A stretch of 64,000 nt of DNA from Yuukianura sp. NJ FZ-2021 (Eukaryota). The stretch is taken from contig CM102286.1 of assembly GCA_046563655.1 (NCBI GenBank), forward strand, positions 6,324,001 through 6,388,000, given 5' to 3'. Position numbers and translations under genes: made by a program. The notes below the pieces were generated by a model. That model ran no database searches, was not told the DNA's origin, and saw nothing but the letters and a program-made list of their open reading frames with translations. Shown piece after piece: positions 62,487-64,000 of this stretch. How positions within the stretch are numbered: the stretch's first letter is position 1; each line of letters starts with the position of its first letter.

Positions 62487-63815
62487 TTTAACGGTTTTCT
62501 AGAAGAAAAATATGAATTTGGACATGAAGCTTTCTGCATGAGAGATGAGAATAACTTTCCTCACCTCTTCTTCCTGAGATTCGGATGCAAAGCGAATTAA
62601 CGACGTCCTTCCACTCTCTCAACCTTGAACTTAATGAGGCTGGATACCGGCCACCGGAGGAACCCGGAACTCGTCGACTCGTTATAGTACCGCAACAATG
62701 TCGACGAATGAGTTTGGATTTGGAAGTTGGTGTTGGTGGATGGTGATCTAAATTCGAGAGACTTTGTAATGTTGAAGAAACCAATCTAGAACAAAAAAAA
62801 ATAATTACGTTGTTAATGGACGGTTATAATTACCGTTAATTACAATAAACAGCACTTACTTTCAGCTTTTCAGAACAAGTGTAGTTGTTTACAAAGTTAT
62901 AAATCACATATTCAAAAATTCAAGCAAGAGATTCTGTACGTGTGTGTAGCGTGTGTTGACTAACCGACCGGGGTATACTTAAAAGGTACTCCACTCTTTC
63001 TGTGCGCACCCCCCGCCCCGTGTAGTACCAGGGCTGAGCAATGAGCATTAATCAGGTTCGATTCATTCAACATATAATTAGGTTAATTATGTAAAATATA
63101 CTCATAGGTATGTCCTGGCGAATAAATGCTGACCTAGGCTAAATTTAACAGTTAGTATTCCTTGTTCCACTACAACTACGCGTCAGTAAATGAGAAAATT
63201 GTATATTAAATATACAATTTGCAGAAAATTAAATAACCATTGATGGTCATATTTGTGGTGTAAGGGTATTGTACAGGTGGACTTTTGTTATACCTCATGT
63301 GTAAATACCTTTACGTGTTTTCTGTATTCTGATCAAGTTTTTGACACGACACACGGGTTTACTGAAAAAGCAGAAAAGACGTAAAGGAAAGGAAAGTTTG
63401 TATAGGTAGTACTGCGCTTCAATATAAGTTAACAATTCAACTGGCTTTGTACACGATTCGTGGTAAGTTGGTAATAATAAGCAATTACCCTGTAGTTTTT
63501 CGTTTTATAAGTTCGCCTAAAACAGTGCGAGTTGCAATCCGCAACTGCCATATTGCTTAACGTAAACAGCTGTTTTACTTCCAGTGTATTTATAGCCGTT
63601 TCCTATTCTGATCAATTTATATCGATCAATTTATCGCAGTTCTCTTTTTTTTTAGTTTTAGGAAGTGGACTAACTTACATCTAACACGAAACCCCGACCC
63701 CAGTCAGTTCGTCAGTTGTTTACTTTCAAGAACCGTGAATTCCTATTCTCAAGTTACAGAACTACATCAACAGAACCTTGTTAAGGTTCACTGCAAATTA
63801 GTTTAATAGAAGTAG

Positions 63816-64000
<185 letters not shown>

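Noticed and set aside
62488..62784. 98-aa ORF immediately upstream of spindle-E
   Set aside because: It starts at TTG, has no in-frame ATG and spans an apparent intron (about 62500-62564). It is better explained as spliced 5' UTR.

Overview
AT-rich, intron-dense eukaryotic genomic DNA. It is most likely arthropod; very short introns and a signal-peptide SEC14 gene suggest a springtail-like hexapod, which is an inference. The supplied ORFs are mostly single exons or antisense shadows, so I rebuilt the genes by hand from GT-AG boundaries and frame continuity. In order: expanded (-), nucleoside diphosphate kinase/awd (+), SDR16C dehydrogenase (-), DXO/Dom3Z (-), PCMT (+), LRP11-like MANSC-LDLa receptor (-), PPP1R14-family PP1 inhibitor (+), TMEM87 (-), AMPK beta (+), hyccin/FAM126 (-), Pep-like zinc-finger protein (-), SEC14/CRAL-TRIO protein (-), spindle-E/TDRD9 (-) and the start of SRP54 (+). 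A 2.6 kb non-autonomous element between DXO and PCMT has a CACTGTG left end and a 5-bp TSD (Transib-like). It contains a hAT MITE, a DINE-1/HINE-like element and a perfect 49-bp palindrome. Two more hAT MITEs lie in introns, one as a tandem dimer. The most interesting observations are a PCMT C-terminal switch (RDEL versus a CaaX-like CVTF), a Scalloped/TEAD motif cluster upstream of expanded, a candidate poison microexon in the Pep-like gene, and a CRAL-TRIO protein that appears to be secreted. I found no CRISPR, rRNA or tRNA, and no clearly new multi-gene system.
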